NCBI GenBank assembly: GCA_964035545.1
Contig: OZ037767.1
Location: 27,544,628 to 27,608,627 of the forward strand
Source of the DNA: Bugula neritina
Taxonomy: Eukaryota; Animalia; Bryozoa
DNA: 64,000 nucleotides
Reading direction: 5' to 3'
This document shows, piece by piece, positions 1 to 14,800 of the stretch. Made by a program: the position numbers and the translations under genes. Position 1 is the stretch's first letter. The number at the start of each line of letters is the position of its first letter. Under the pieces are notes generated by a model that saw only the letters and a program-made list of their open reading frames with translations, was not told where the DNA came from and searched no databases.

Positions 1-3000
1 GGTGATATTAATGAAATGAAAAGAGGACCCCAAATGTAAACACTAAAGTAGTAATCGTTGCAGGTTTGGTTGTGAAAAGAAAACTCAACTAAAATGCATA
101 GATTCGGCCATTTTGTAATGCTAATAGACTGTGTGTACTTAACAGAAAGACTAGGAGCAGATTTGGAACGAAATCTTTGAGTGAAGTGATGATTAATTAT
201 ATCCAGAGTTGAATGGCAGGTTTACTTCATATTGAAGTAAAAAAAGAAGTTGGTAAAACATGTAATACAAGAACCAACTAAGCTACTCTCAGAACTGAGT
301 TTAATATGTATAATATATATTTCAAAATAATATGGGCAGCTACATTTGCTATACAATACTGCAAATTTATCATAGAAAATTGTTGCATTGTTTTGAGTTT
401 TAATGTCAGTTGATAAAAGCAGCTACAATACTTATTGTATGACAGGTAGTTTCTGACAAATTACCCACATAATGCTTGCACATAAGTAGGTAAATATTGT
501 GTGTAAGTAAAAACACATTTTATGCTGGTTCATTTATTTTTATCAAAATATATAGTTTTTTGATGTATATTAAACGTGATTGCAGGATCTAGTTAACATG
601 CTCTATTAGCGGATAGGCAGAACGTGAAAATAGGAAATGGCATTGTAATAAATCAACATAGGGTGACGGTGCTCTTCTAGGAACCCGAAAGGCATTAATG
701 TTGACACAAGTCGTATAAAGCATCTTTACATTCACTTATTATGAGTTTATAGCAATTGATTATTTGCCAGAGTTCGAATTCTACATGACTTTGTCAGCAA
801 GTGTAAATCGGTCTACCAGCATGCTGCGAGTTTACTAATCATCAAGAATTACATGTTACATAACCTTCAACTTTCATAAGATCTATACAAAATGGATGCC
901 TCCATAAGTGCAGAAATTTAGTTAGGATTACAAATTAAAATGCAGTAAAAATTGAAATACATTTGGCAAAGAAAGGTTTACTGATGGCACATACCAGTGG
1001 AAAAAAGAGGGAGGAGAAAGGAAAACCAGAGGTAGTAAGTTATTAGTAACTACTAGCCATCAACTAGAAAGATCTTTCTTTATGCACTGACTGAACAAGT
1101 ATACCTTTCTAGTCATGTTACTTAGTATTTGTGTACAAAATAACACAATTTTATTCTTTTGCAATGATGAAAAAACATTTTTTGCTAATTTTAGAATTCA
1201 AACTTGCAAGTGTTTGGTCGGCATTATTTTTTATGTTCTATTTTTAAACACAGATTATTTATAATAGTGGCGATGCTAATACTTTGTAGAAATAGTCCCG
1301 CAATTATAAGTGGAATAAATAAAATGAACAGCGAAATGTTCTGCTTTGACTACTTTACGTTTTCAAGATTGCTATATTACAATAATGTCATTTCATATCA
1401 TGCATGGAAGCACTAGAGTCAATTTATTGAAAATATGAAGCATTCATTTCACAGCTTGACTGCGATATATTGTAATGTTTTTTGTTGATTAATCATTTAT
1501 TTCACTACATGGGAAAATAATGATAAGGTTTAAACACTTTTAAATGTATCAATTCATGTGTTGACAATTCAAACCAACAAAACAAGTGATAATCTTCAAG
1601 GATTAAGTGACTCCTTGTAGTAAACAAGCTGAGTTTACCTAAAGTAGATTGACCTACTGACCACTATACTATCATGAGAAATAGCACAGCTGATTAAGAA
1701 GACTAAGTTACTTTTTTCTCTATGCAAATGTCGTAGCTTTAGAGTTTTCAAGCTTATTAGCCACTGTTCTTACACTTAAAAATGAGGTTCTAAACCAGAA
1801 CCCAAAACCAACAACCACAAGCTAAAATAGTTTGTGTACATTCAGTGTGACCTTGCAATATCAAGAAAGCTTCTGAGTTGACCAACGCAAACACAAAGAA
1901 CTTGGCAACCTGCTTGAGTAACTGGCAAGGAACATTGGTCCCAGACAAGATGCTAAATCTCCACTGGAATTTAATAAATCACATTGCTAAGTTACAAATT
2001 ACTTTGAGAAAAATTTCATTTATGTCAAGGAATAAGAACTGTGTGAAAATTTTATCTGATCAGACAGAACTAGAATATATTAACATCGGAACTGTTACTT
2101 CTGGAAAGTCAAACTAAGCCTAGCAGTCAAAGTGACCCGCAAAAGCTAATTAGCTATATCAGTACACAAGTTTGTATGCTTATATATATCTTGCATAGAC
2201 AATGCCTGCTGAAACGTGCTAGCTGCATTGCATGCACTTTTAATTTGCACTTAATACTTATTATTAAGGAGCTGAATAATAAATGTCTACTGCAAGTATT
2301 GCAAAATATATATACTATATAAAACACCTAGTAATATGTATTGTAAACAAACATACGTGGAGGCTTTCAGTAAGCTCTTCAATGGTGTAAACTCTCCTTC
2401 CATTATGGAAATAGTATAGTGGTAGTATAACGAAAAGATATTGCTGCCTGGCAGCTTGTTGTCGTGTAATGATGTTAAAGACGAAAGATTTGAGCGATAG
2501 TTGTATAACTTATTCCATATTCAGCAGATGCTTGGTGATGCGCAGTGTACAGTGGCCTAGAGCTTTTAATTAATATACTGGGTTACCATGATACCACAGC
2601 TACGCATGATTGAGCTTGCAAGATATGTAAATTTTTCACTATTAGAAACTTTGACACCTTTCTTGTGGAGACAACTCCAAAACAAAGCTTATATATTATA
2701 TGAAGTTGTATTCAGATATACTGTGCTATGGGAATAATTCTAACTAGCAAATAAAAACTAACTACTAGTTTCTTTCCAATAATAGTGTTTGCTGAAACAC
2801 TATTTGTTTAATTAAAAACTAAAATTAAAAAAATAAACTAAAGATAAAAAATAAATATGTTTCCTCATGTCTTTTCAATGTGGTTTTGATTGAATTTGCA
2901 TAAGCAAATATGTTTAATTTATTCTGTGGTAATAAAATGCTGCAACTTGCTATTAATTTGCAATATAAAAGATCAAGAAATACCAATTTTTAGTTTCTCG

Positions 3001-6000
3001 TGAGAAGATATTATTTTGCCCATAATTATACTCATTGCTCTCTAAAGCACCTGCCGTAAAACTAAAAATAGACGCTACACAATTTTTCTCTGATAAGTAT
3101 TCCGTTACTTACGATTGCATGCCACCTATAAAAAGAGTAGGCTTTAAAACAGTTATTAGCATTTCATTGATGCATATATGAGAGATTAGCTCTTCCCAGT
3201 ACACCCTCGTGATACTAATATGGTTGGAAACAACCACTTGTGTAGTGAGTGCTGGCTAGAACAACCAATAACACACAGATTTGTCTAAACAATAATGAAG
3301 TAGTAACAGTTACTGCCAGGGTACAATGATATATCGTGTATTGTGTGGCTTGCAACATCCTTAATTGCCGAAAACAAATGTAATTTTTTGTTTGGTAGTT
3401 TGCATAAATATACACATAATTATATGAACACTATTCTTCTAGAAATCAATAGCATCAACTGATTGCCAGTAATTAACATCAGAATTATACTATGATGTTG
3501 TATCATGCTAACTCACCTGAAGTTTTTATATGAAAATAACAATTTTAATTTTTTTACAATAATGTTTGGTGATGGTCAAGATTTTATGTAAATTCAGTAA
3601 CACTTAGTCCGCTAAGTTAGCACATAACAAGATAATATAGTTTAACTAATTCATCTTTTTATCATATTCATGTATATCATGCCATTCTCCCTTTCAACAC
3701 ATTTATTTAATTAATGCAGAATATTATACCAACAGAAGCTTTGAGCTGCATGTTTGTATGTTATAATATTATATATTTTGTACGTTATATATGTTTGCCA
3801 TATAAATTGCTGTGAATTCATCAGCCAAGAAAAAATGAAAGATGGATGTCAATTAGTTTATTTAAGAGAGATAGCTCTATGTTTATACGTGTGTAAATTG
3901 TTCACATATTAAGTAAGTGCTCTTGATACAGTTTAGGACTAACATTACCCAAGCACCTGCGTATGCATGTCAATTTTGATATTTTAAATAAATTCTTCAA
4001 CTCACCTAACTGGGTATGTCTTTGGGTTTAAGATGACTTCACATCTACAATATAGCAGCAACTGGTTATTATTTATATAGGCACAGAAATTGTATGGAAA
4101 TCTTGCGTAATGAGTGAATTGAAAGCCTGGAAAAAAGATTTTCTCCTGTTCAATACGAAACACGCTGGAGGAAATGTAGTAAAACTTTGCACCAAACTAA
4201 TCCTCAGGCTTACTGGTCACTCCGCAGTTTTATTACATAAAAAATTGGATTCTTTTCATAAACCTAATAGTGTAGTCGTTATTGGCAAGTAGAACTATTA
4301 TAGTCATTATATAAACTCTTCAACTGTAATAGCTAGCAGGTTTCATGCCCCTCCCAAGTTAATCAGAAACACATTTTTATGCCAAAGGTATTTTTTACAT
4401 CATCCATCATCAAAAAATGATTTGGAAAAATAGTTTTTGATACAATTGTACGAGTTGTTGGTATATACACTCACTCACTCTTCACATACAAGCTGGTGAG
4501 AAAAAGAAGACAATTTCTAATTTTAATTTAGTTCTTTCCAGCACATCCCATTTTTTCTATCCATATGTACAAAAGTTTAACAAATTGCTCAATAAATGGC
4601 AGTGCTACATGCTACATCGTTCAAACTAGTAACAACACTATGTGTTTTAGTAAACTTCCATACTCTGGTGAAAAAAAATTAATCTCATGTATACTTAAAC
4701 AACGAATTCCTCCACATAGAGGAACTTAAGGTTTTACCAGAACATTTAATATTAATAAACGGTGTTGTGTGTGCTAGGGAAACATAAAACTACAAACTTG
4801 AGATATTTCATAATTAATGTAGTATTCTACTAGAGAAATGATGAGTAATTGTTAGTTTTAATGCATCTCAGTTCATAGCAATTAATTATGCTAATATTAC
4901 ACCTCATTAACTAATCATATTATGGTGTGTTACTAATTAGTAGTATCATCACTGTGCATCATAGTGATAGAGTAACCAAAGTTTTTTAGGGCAACTAAAA
5001 TGCCTAGTAGCATTAGCTACACCCCCCCCCCACCCGTTTCCAGTTAGTGTCATACTTTGTAATAACTATTTCTGATTAGTTCTACATTTTGTAAAGTTGT
5101 AACATTTAGTATTTCAAAATGTCCTTCAGGCTATCACTAAACACATTTAGAAATAATTACCAGCCTGTTATTTGCATGACTCTCAAAAAAACTAATTAAC
5201 AAAGAGTAGAGATTTTATAAATTGGACACGGTACATGCTGTGTAGGTGGTGGATGACAAACTGCTATGGTCTTGACACAAAAAGTCCACCTAAAAGTTGA
5301 GTAATTTATTCCTAAAAAACTTGATTTTCCTCTGAGAACTCCCACTTCTCATTTAGATATTATTTAGACATTGCCAAAACTGGTGTTGTTTATTGGCCAC
5401 TGCTGACAATAGTTGACCAATGGTAACCTTCCTTCGTTATAAGGCTTTATTAAACTGATGGATCAATAGATGAATATACACTAGATAATTGTGTAATCAT
5501 TAAAATGGTTTATTAAATTAAGAGTAAATATTGCTATAGGTTCGATGATCTATTTGGTAGTTGTGAATATTCATTACAGCTTAAAGATGCTATTTTATTA
5601 ACCAAATGTGATTATATAAGAGATAATCTCTTTAATAAAGGATAAGCTGGTTTAAACGAACCACAAACAAGATCACACCTCGTCTGTCCATGGTATAATG
5701 TACAAAACAGTTGCTATGCGCTCTCAGAGTTACCAAGTGTACTTGGAGTTACCTCATCTTTAAATAAAACAGTTGTGGAAAATTAAGTTCATAACTTGAA
5801 CTAAATAGGATGAAAGATATATGCTGGATTACATATATTAAATTTATATGTAGTTCAGCATGTATGTGTACAGTACTACAACCTATATACTGGCTCGACA
5901 ACTAGCTTCTAGTCTAAACAACGATCTGTTACAGTGGAAACTACAGTCAAACGTGTGCAGTAAGCATGTGTTTACTTGTAGCTGGCAGCTGTGTTTATGT

Positions 6001-6992
6001 CTACAGATATGATGACTTTCTAGACAATTATTATATTGATGCATCAGAATTATCTGTTTCTACTGCCTAATTGAAGTCAGCGACAGCTTGAAGTTCTTAC
6101 AAAAAATTAATTATGCATATGTTTCAGTGAGATTTGTTCTTGTTTTTCCCATAATGGAACATGTTGTAAGCTATACATCTTATTGTGTATAACCTACATG
6201 TGGGTCAGTTTCAGCTTTATTTCTATAGTTGATAATTTTATGTTTAAGTTGAAAGCTTATTTAGATAAGACAACTTTTCTTGCTGCAGCTATCTGTTAAA
6301 ACTTATGCTATGTTGAATAATATTTTTTACACCCATTGCTTAACTTTCTACAATCACAAGCAAAGTGATTTGAATCATATGTCAATGTTATACCAAGCTC
6401 TACTAAATAAATTCTCTAAGTATAACATCTCTATAACAGATTTTTCGACTTGGCTTTTGTAACTTACTTTACAAGAGTCCATCTAAATGCATGCAGTGTA
6501 TAATCATCTTATATAAGTAGTATACATGCATGTTGCATGCTAAAGGCAAAAACACAAATCCTGGTAATGCACTCAAGTATAAATGTGATGTGGTTTTAGA
6601 TGCTGTATCTTAAGGAGAGATTATTCTTCCTACACCGAAATCCCTTAAAAATAATACCACGTAGGATCACAAGATGGCAATTACCTCTAGCTTGGTTTCC
6701 GAAAAGGAATGTCATTGGCTGAACCCGTTTGTAAAACTCAAGACTGTTGGTTGAGAATGCATAAAATTCTAACTTTTTTTCATATTACACTTGTTTCTCA
6801 AATATTATTTTTAATTTTCAAAAGAATTATATTTGATTTCAAAGAATTGTTTTTTCAATCTAAGATAACTTGATAGATATCAGAAAACCTAACATAGCAT
6901 ACAAATCCCATCCTTATCTTCAATAAATCAGTTTAAAAATTATTAATGAGCTATTAAAATATGTTTCCTTAGTTTTTAAATAAAAAACTTAC

Positions 6993-7062
6993 GCTGTAGC
7001 CTGTCTACCCTCCAAAGACAACTGCCGATACGACTGCCCGACACAAAATACAGTTTGTCCAT
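6993..7062 (-). CDS. Alternative first coding exon (isoform D), MDKLYFVSGSRIGSCLWRVDRLQ
   Basis: ATG at 7062, donor AGC|GTAAGT at 6993, 70 nt (phase 1, the same phase as the end of exon 11772). GC/CpG-enriched upstream region at 7070-7260. Confidence 0.55.
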
Positions 7063-10000
7063 TTAATTCCTCTGCCCCAGACAACAAGTAACGATCCTCA
7101 GAAAATACAATTTTCCTTTTTCTTGAGAAAATAGGGCAGCAGCAGTGCATGGCGTGAAGGTAAGAAATATGCTAGTAGAAAGAGTTCTGCTGCCCTAAAC
7201 AGACAGCGCCACCTGCAAGCAATCCTGACGACTAATCCCACAGAGCCACGATGTCAGCAACTTGGTGAATTAATTACATAACGTAATATAGTCTACTAAT
7301 CCACATCCAACCTCTAGAGGGTTAGTAAGACACTGAATGTTGAAGAGCACAGGTTGCGAGCACTAGAACTCAGTGACTTAGATGCGAGAGAGTGTAATTG
7401 TGGCTAATTACTTTCTACAGCCAATCTACCAAAATCATTGTTGATACTCTTCAGAGGCTACAGTGTAACTGGCATTCGCACACTAACTGTAGTGCTGGCA
7501 CCTCTTTGCTACATGGCAGATGTGTTTAGAGGCAAACATGCCATTATTTATAGATCCAGTTATAAATCAGACACAAAGCAAAACAGAACACTGCTGGTAT
7601 CTATATAGCTTGAGTGATCAGCTGAATTCAAACTCTTTTTTGCCTTCTATCTTAGTGTTTATTTTTTTAAAGCATAAAATGGTGTTGTTTTTAACAACAT
7701 TCAATAAAAAGAATGTTATTTTGCCCTATTTTCCAAAGTTTCCAATGATTTATCATTAAGTTGTCAAGAAAAATTACGAATTAGGAAGTGTTTTGGCATA
7801 GAACTAATGTCTACGTCATTGCCCATATATAGAGCACAGCTGAGAGCTCATCCTAGTTAGATAATGGCCATAAAATGATATAATTAGTGAGAGAAAAAAT
7901 GATGATAAGCTTTTAATTAGATTCTGTTACTTGCCTAAAGAATAATTATACATGTTTTAGCCCTAGTCCCAAAACTTTATCTTAGAACCACTTATACCAC
8001 CTTAATTTCAATATATATCTCAGATATATACTTAGAAAATGGATACACACTACTAACTTTATATTATAGCAGGTGTTGCTAATATTATTATTTCTATGAC
8101 TATAGGAATTACTAAGAAAACATGGTATGATATGAATAAACACAGCTACACCCAATATTAGTGAGAGTTTAGCCCCGAATGAAAATATAACACAATGGTT
8201 AACAGGAAATAATTGCAACTACTCCATTTTATAGATATTCTTCAACTGCACATCTCTTCTTTGCAAGATCTATCAGTATATGCCTATCATATCTTATCAT
8301 ACTAGTTGATATATCACATATAGTATAGCCTATGCATAATATATCATGTGATTCATGATGCAGATTTATTATATATGAAACATATTATATGACACTATTC
8401 TGCCATAGTCTAATATCAGCGCTACAATAGATAAAGAGAAGACTACTCCAAGCCGCAATGATCAAAAGGACAGATAAATTCAATATGAAATTAATAATGC
8501 TTTCTATTCTACAATAGCCAGAGCTGTATGCTAGCAGGTAGACTTTTAGGAATGAATGATTGAGAGTCAGCAGTAGCATAACACTATTAGCTGACAGCCC
8601 AGGCTACACATTATTTTAAAGCGGTGAATGAAAATTGTTAAAAATACGTTCAACTTTTAATGTTGTTTAAGTTCAAAATATTTGTTATCTTTTGATACAA
8701 CTAAAGAAATGATTGAAATTTACAGATTTGTTAAGTTCTGCAGCTTGCATAATTTTTAAAAACTTCAATTGATGCGAAAAAGTCAAGAAAACTAAGTTAT
8801 GGAACACAGCAATGGCTATAAACAAAAACGTCTGTCTATGTTCAACATTTATAAATCAATTCATGTAAGTATATAAATATATTTAACAGTACCTGTCTTC
8901 ATTAGAATAAATGCGCAGCATTTTCCGAACTACTTTATGCTGTTTCAGCTGTGTAGGATTTGATGAGAAAGTTAGAGCAGTTGTAACTAGTAGTATTACA
9001 GAAGAAGATTTGATACGCCTGCTCAATTAGCACTACTTTCACTCTCTCTTGGATAAATTAATTATATGGACAGCAAGGCTTGTAGCTACTAAATATCAAT
9101 TTCATGGCCAATCAGTTGTAAAATATCCATATTCATATAATTGACTATTTCTGAATCAATAAACCAAAGGAATTTTTCGTGTCATTGGCAAACAAAAGAA
9201 ATGGGTACAAACTCTAGATAACATTCATTAAAATGATAAATACAATAATAGAAATTAATGTGTGTATTATTGAAAACACAAAACAAAGTGTCTATACAAA
9301 TTGTTGTGTAACATTTTCAATGGATCAATAAATATAAACATTGCACTATCAATATTGTGAACAATGATTGCCTTGCTGTGCATAACAGTTACGTTATGCT
9401 CTTTGAAGTTTTAGACACATGCCACCCCTAAGACGACAGCTCAGTTATAAATGCGTCATGTTTATAAAGTCACCATAAATAGACCAGGAACTTATATACC
9501 TTTAATTAAACTTCAAGAATAACCATTATTCTGTATTGAGTAACAGTATGGCTTATTCCATATTTTTTATATTTAGTCATGAAAAAATCAGACATGCTGA
9601 AATAAAAATTCCATTCTAAATCTATTTATAATAGGTAATATATTTTATATTGCTATCAAGTTGCAAATAAATATACAGTAACATATTATCAAAATTACTT
9701 TTAAAATTTGTAACAAAGTATTAAGCACTTATTATTTTAAAAGTCAAAATTCAATTCATTATTTGTAGCAGCTTATCCATGCTTATAACAAAGTCGATCA
9801 GTTAAATAGTGTAATTAAACATTGCAGAGAGACACAACTCTCAATTAATATACAGCATTATTGTCAAGGGTAAGACAACCCTAGTTACATTGCAGCAATA
9901 CTAGCTTACTATTTATAAGAATTGAGATACTTTTACTTTTGATAGTAACTAAATTGATAAGCATGCATCATTTCTAAAAATGTTTCAACGGTTAAAATTT

Positions 10001-11771
10001 TTGTTTATTGTGAAAGTTATTCTGTCAGCTGAAGTGGCACAAAAACTATATCTTTATTATCCCATGTGTTATACCATTATAAGAATATTGAGCATGAAGT
10101 ATTGGGATTAATATTTAGGCTCATTGTTACTAAAAATAATGTTTGCCTTTTAGTTAAATATTTTTTTATCATCTTTTTATCCAATACTTCAAAAGAATCA
10201 CATTTACATAAATTTTGTGCTGGCAGTTTTCAAACATGAAATAAGCAACCTATTTGAAAACCTCCAACAAAATAATATGGGAAACAATCTCCAAGTAGCA
10301 TCACTGCACTTGAAAAAATATACTTTAAATTTTGAAGAATTTTTAAAATAAACTTATAATAATAAATATTAATTTATTATCAAATAGTAATATGAAATTA
10401 TTTGGATGATAAAAATTTTCTGTTCCACATCAATGAAAGTTGAGAAGCCCTTACAATTTTTTTACAAGGATGTTTATACATAAGAGGTCATACGGCATGC
10501 AGGTAAGGAAATGGTACAAAGATGGTGTTATATTATATGGTTAATATGCTAAAACACTAGCAAAGACTAAAAGAGCGTATGATCATTTAGGCTAGTATTG
10601 TAGTTTCTATTTAAGTACTTAAATTTTGTCCTTAAAACAGTGAAATATTTAAGGGAGCAAGTATCTAAGTTAACCAAGTAGCACGTCTAGAAGGATGTGA
10701 ATGCTATAGACTTACACGATACACTTGAAACAGAGCTGGTGGTAGTACACTCTGCCATGTTTTACTCTCTCTTTTGCCTTTACTATGAAACCACATGCCG
10801 GACATTTATCTCGTATCATATGGTGATCTACAAATGATTGGAACTAAATTGTATATAATTAGACAGATATACATATAGGATAAAAGCCTTAAAGAATATA
10901 ATCCAGGCTTCTGGGTAATTTTTAGTTTAATAGAGCTGAGGTTATGAGTTTCAATGAAATAATTAATAAAAAAATTGTGGTTATTTAGTGGTTAAAATTT
11001 AATCAGTTTTTGCCTCAAAGTTGGTGTTATTATGGCATGTTTGCAATGAAAACAACTACTTCCAAGGTAATTTTATTGGGGATGCCAATAGTTTTTGAAT
11101 AGTGAGAAAATTTTGGTAAATATGGAAAGTTAGAACTTCTTTGGAGAACGAATAATTTCTGAAAGTTGGAAATATATTTTTATGTCATCTTTTTGCACTT
11201 ACAAATTAGTTAAATGATCAAGTAAACAAGATTCTAACTATTGTATTTATAAATTCCAAACTTTGTTAACTTTATATATGCTTAGGAAAAAGTAGGTAGT
11301 AGACCTACACACCTAATTTTGATGAATAAGCTCTATTTTTTGTCCACTCTAAAATAGTTTTGAAGCTAAAAACCAACCAAAGACGTAACAACCACTTCAC
11401 ATTCCTACATAATGATGCCTCTTGCACATGTACCACTTGGAGTTGTCTATTGTTGTAAATCATATAAAATTGCTAACTGAATACTTTTAGGTTAAGTTTA
11501 TTATAATATTCAGCACAAGGAACTAATATGCTAGCTATAAATTTTAGTTGAGATCAAAAATAGAAGAGAAAAATTTTACCTGTTTTTTAACTTTATCAAA
11601 GTGAAATCCCTCAAATTAACCCCAAAGTAATTTAATTTAGAAAAGCTCTTGTTTTCGTACATTATCATAATATAGTTATCATAATATAATGTAGCTACTG
11701 CTAACGTAAGATAACACACCCTCTGGGTCTAATTACTAGTTAAATTGCAAGACTGGGTTCCTTACACTCAC

Positions 11772-11876
11772 CAATACTGCCAGTGGAGCACCTCAGTCTA
11801 GACTCTCGACTGAACACCGAATCCTTGGTGCTCGGTCTGTAGAAGCCATTTGTGTCCGCAGGGGAAATCTCTCCTT
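11772..11876 (-). CDS. Shared internal exon (phase 1-1) of the unidentified gene: EGEISPADTNGFYRPSTKDSVFSRESRLRCSTGSI
   Basis: Acceptor gtctttgttttag|, donor TTG|GTGAGT, 105 nt, open in phase 1, GC content well above the flanks. Confidence 0.75.
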
Positions 11877-14800
11877 CTAAAACAAAGACAAAAATACAAT
11901 ATATTATACACTATTTACAATTAATGCAATGGAAAGCAAGTCTATATAAGCTCTACCTTCCATTGCTCACACCAAACTAGACTTTGTATTAAATTACAAT
12001 TCTGTCAGGTTTTCTTGAATCTCTTAAAACAATGGGAAGTGGCAGGTTTCGTTGTTTCTTCTAGCATTAGTTAGCAAACTGACATTATTTAAGTGACACT
12101 AAATACACAGAAACATAATATGTTGTAATGCGTTTGTCAAATCTTTATGAATGTATGTTTATATGTTAGTTTACAAGGTGGAAATACATGTACTATATTT
12201 ACACACATCTGCGCTATCATCTCTCCTTATCTCATGATTTAGGTGATCCAACATGTGCGAACACAATTACATATAATTACGGTGAATAACACTTCAAGCT
12301 TCTCACACTATTCTGATGTTATTGATACCAGGCTTTTGGCAATTGATGCACCAAGTATCATAATTATACAGACTCATAACACTGAGGTGACAAACGTGAC
12401 CTTATACCATTGACATTAGCAAAGTATGTTACAGATATTATTTCGATACATCAAGGAACAGGTGCATTATGACTGTATTCTAACAGTAATCCTCGCTACA
12501 CCTTCAAGCTCATGTACCTGTCTCTACTATGAATCCTGCTAGTATCACAGATGTTATTGTTTCATTGATTTGCTATTAATGACACACAATAATTCGGATG
12601 TTTTGCAAGAATACTAAACTTTGGGAATATCTAAACTTATAATTGAATCACAAGTTTCAAAAGGTCAAACCATCAATTCAATTCAAGTTTTAATCATAAG
12701 CTGAACTTTTTATTTCTGCAGTTCCTAATTTTTGTTGTTCTTAATTTCTATGCCTGACCTCTAGTAAGCCATTATTATTATTATTCTGTTGTATTAACTA
12801 CATGCATCTTTTATGGTTGGACCAAAATGTAATATCTTATAACTGGCACTTTTTAATATAAATCTGTGTGTAATCACTCAATGCATAGCTATACAACAAC
12901 GCATTCAATAAATTTAGGGCACAAATATTGATAGTATATCAACAATGTTCTCTATTTCGTTGAAATTAATTTTGCAAGGGGGCTATTTTATTGTAACCAA
13001 TGAAATTAGACAATATCTAATAAGCTGGCAGTATTAGATCAAAGGTCAAGTTACAAAGATCAAAGTTGAAGAGTCATCGAAAACTGTCTAATAAATTTCA
13101 GCTATAGGTGGCTATATAATATGAGATTATGACAAGAATGTTTACATGACTAACATTGACTAGTAGCTTGCTGAAAGTTAAATTACTGATCTAATTAATA
13201 TCAAGACCAAATCATAAAAACAAAATAACAGGCTAAACAGGGTGTGTGCAAATTATAATATATGGTAATGACCACATCTTCGTTACAAAATGCAGTTTGA
13301 AAGTGTTGTCTAGTATAAATTATGTTGCTTAGAAGACTTCAATAGCTGCACTAACTGTGTTGCTATGACATCTGCTTTGTAAAAAAAGTTGCTACACAAT
13401 TTCCTCTCTATAACAGTGGTTTAATAAACGTAGTTTTGTTCACAGCTCATGACATTGATTTGGCAAAACAAGAGGTCTGTTTGCCTGTCTGCCCTGCCAG
13501 TTGATTAGTTTCCACTTGTATCGATCTACTGAAATGAGCATAGCTTTTTGTAATTGGGAAGTAGTGATAAATCATCTATTAATTTGCCCTTCAGCACCAC
13601 AAATTCAATATCGAGATTAGTTTCTATTCAGAACATGACGAGCAGTGTTTATTAGTAAACCAATAGTCAACTACTAAACATGTCTTCCATTCAACTAATT
13701 CCATGACTCAGTGACTTTCAGGAACACACAAAAGTGCTATTGTTGTCATTAGTTACATCATTGTTAACACTAAAAAGTTAAATGTTTATAATGCCATGAA
13801 TTTAGGCAGCTAGTGCGTGGGAACACTAGTAAGAGATAAGGTTGAGCTCACAATTATCGTATTGCATATGAGAGTAATACCCAGTCATCTCTGCTGATTT
13901 CACAGTGACTACATGTTGCTTTGACATTTTTGATTGAGCAGTACATTGCAGAGATTTGAGAAATTGGTGAATGCTGATCCAGGAAGTTGGCTAAGGTTGT
14001 ACGTAAGGGTGAGGGTGATGTTGGAACAAAGGCTAAGCATAGCTGCTATCTAGACCCCTGCCAGATTTGGCAGATTATGTGTCATATGAAATCGGATGTA
14101 TACATACATACGTGCGTTGGGACGTTGACAATATGTAAAACTCTGAAAGAGTCAAAACATGTGTCTTTCGGTCATAAGCAAACCATGTTAAGCTTATCAA
14201 AACGATTAGGGTATTGCTATGACTGCTTAGTATACATGACACATAAGATTATCTGTATAAGATTTATTTCAATCAATTTGAGGTTATTAATCAGTTAGGA
14301 AGTCTAAAATTTTGGTAGTCATTATTAGATTGGCTTTTGCCTTTAATCTTATCAACACCCTGATTTCATAAATTTAGTAGCCCAACAAGTTTCAGTTACA
14401 GAAAATATTATTTTCAACATAATTATTGAATTTGCTGTACTTCTTAAAAGTTTATGCAATATCAGACAACTACATTTTCGGCTTGAAATGTGTGAGGCAC
14501 TCAATTTAAAACTGATTTTGAATATGACAGTTAATATAGCAAGCAACGTCCTCATTTTCAAGAAGCTCACATGACAAAGCCCTTTGCAAGTATATGTTTA
14601 CTGGGTTTACAGTAGTTTAGAATGTCAATACGGTTCATTGTCTGATAATTGTGATTAAAAACAGTAAACAGTAGATTCAAACTGAAACATCTGCCCTTAA
14701 AAGCTTGCTGAGCCAACCTAAAGAACAATAAGATTAGTGCTCATTATATTCACTAGAGTTATTGACAGGAAAATAATAGCTTTTATGATAATTGGTGTTG

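Noticed and set aside
4006-4290. Strong minus-strand donor TAG|GTGAGT at 4006 as another alternative exon
   Set aside because: The phase-1 frame has a stop and the nearest ATG is followed immediately by TGA; at best a non-coding exon, unverifiable here.
8893-8921. Minus-strand donor CAG|GTACTG with nearby ATGs as a fifth first exon
   Set aside because: The longer ATG frame is phase 2; the phase-1 frame gives only MKT behind an out-of-frame ATG; weak donor.
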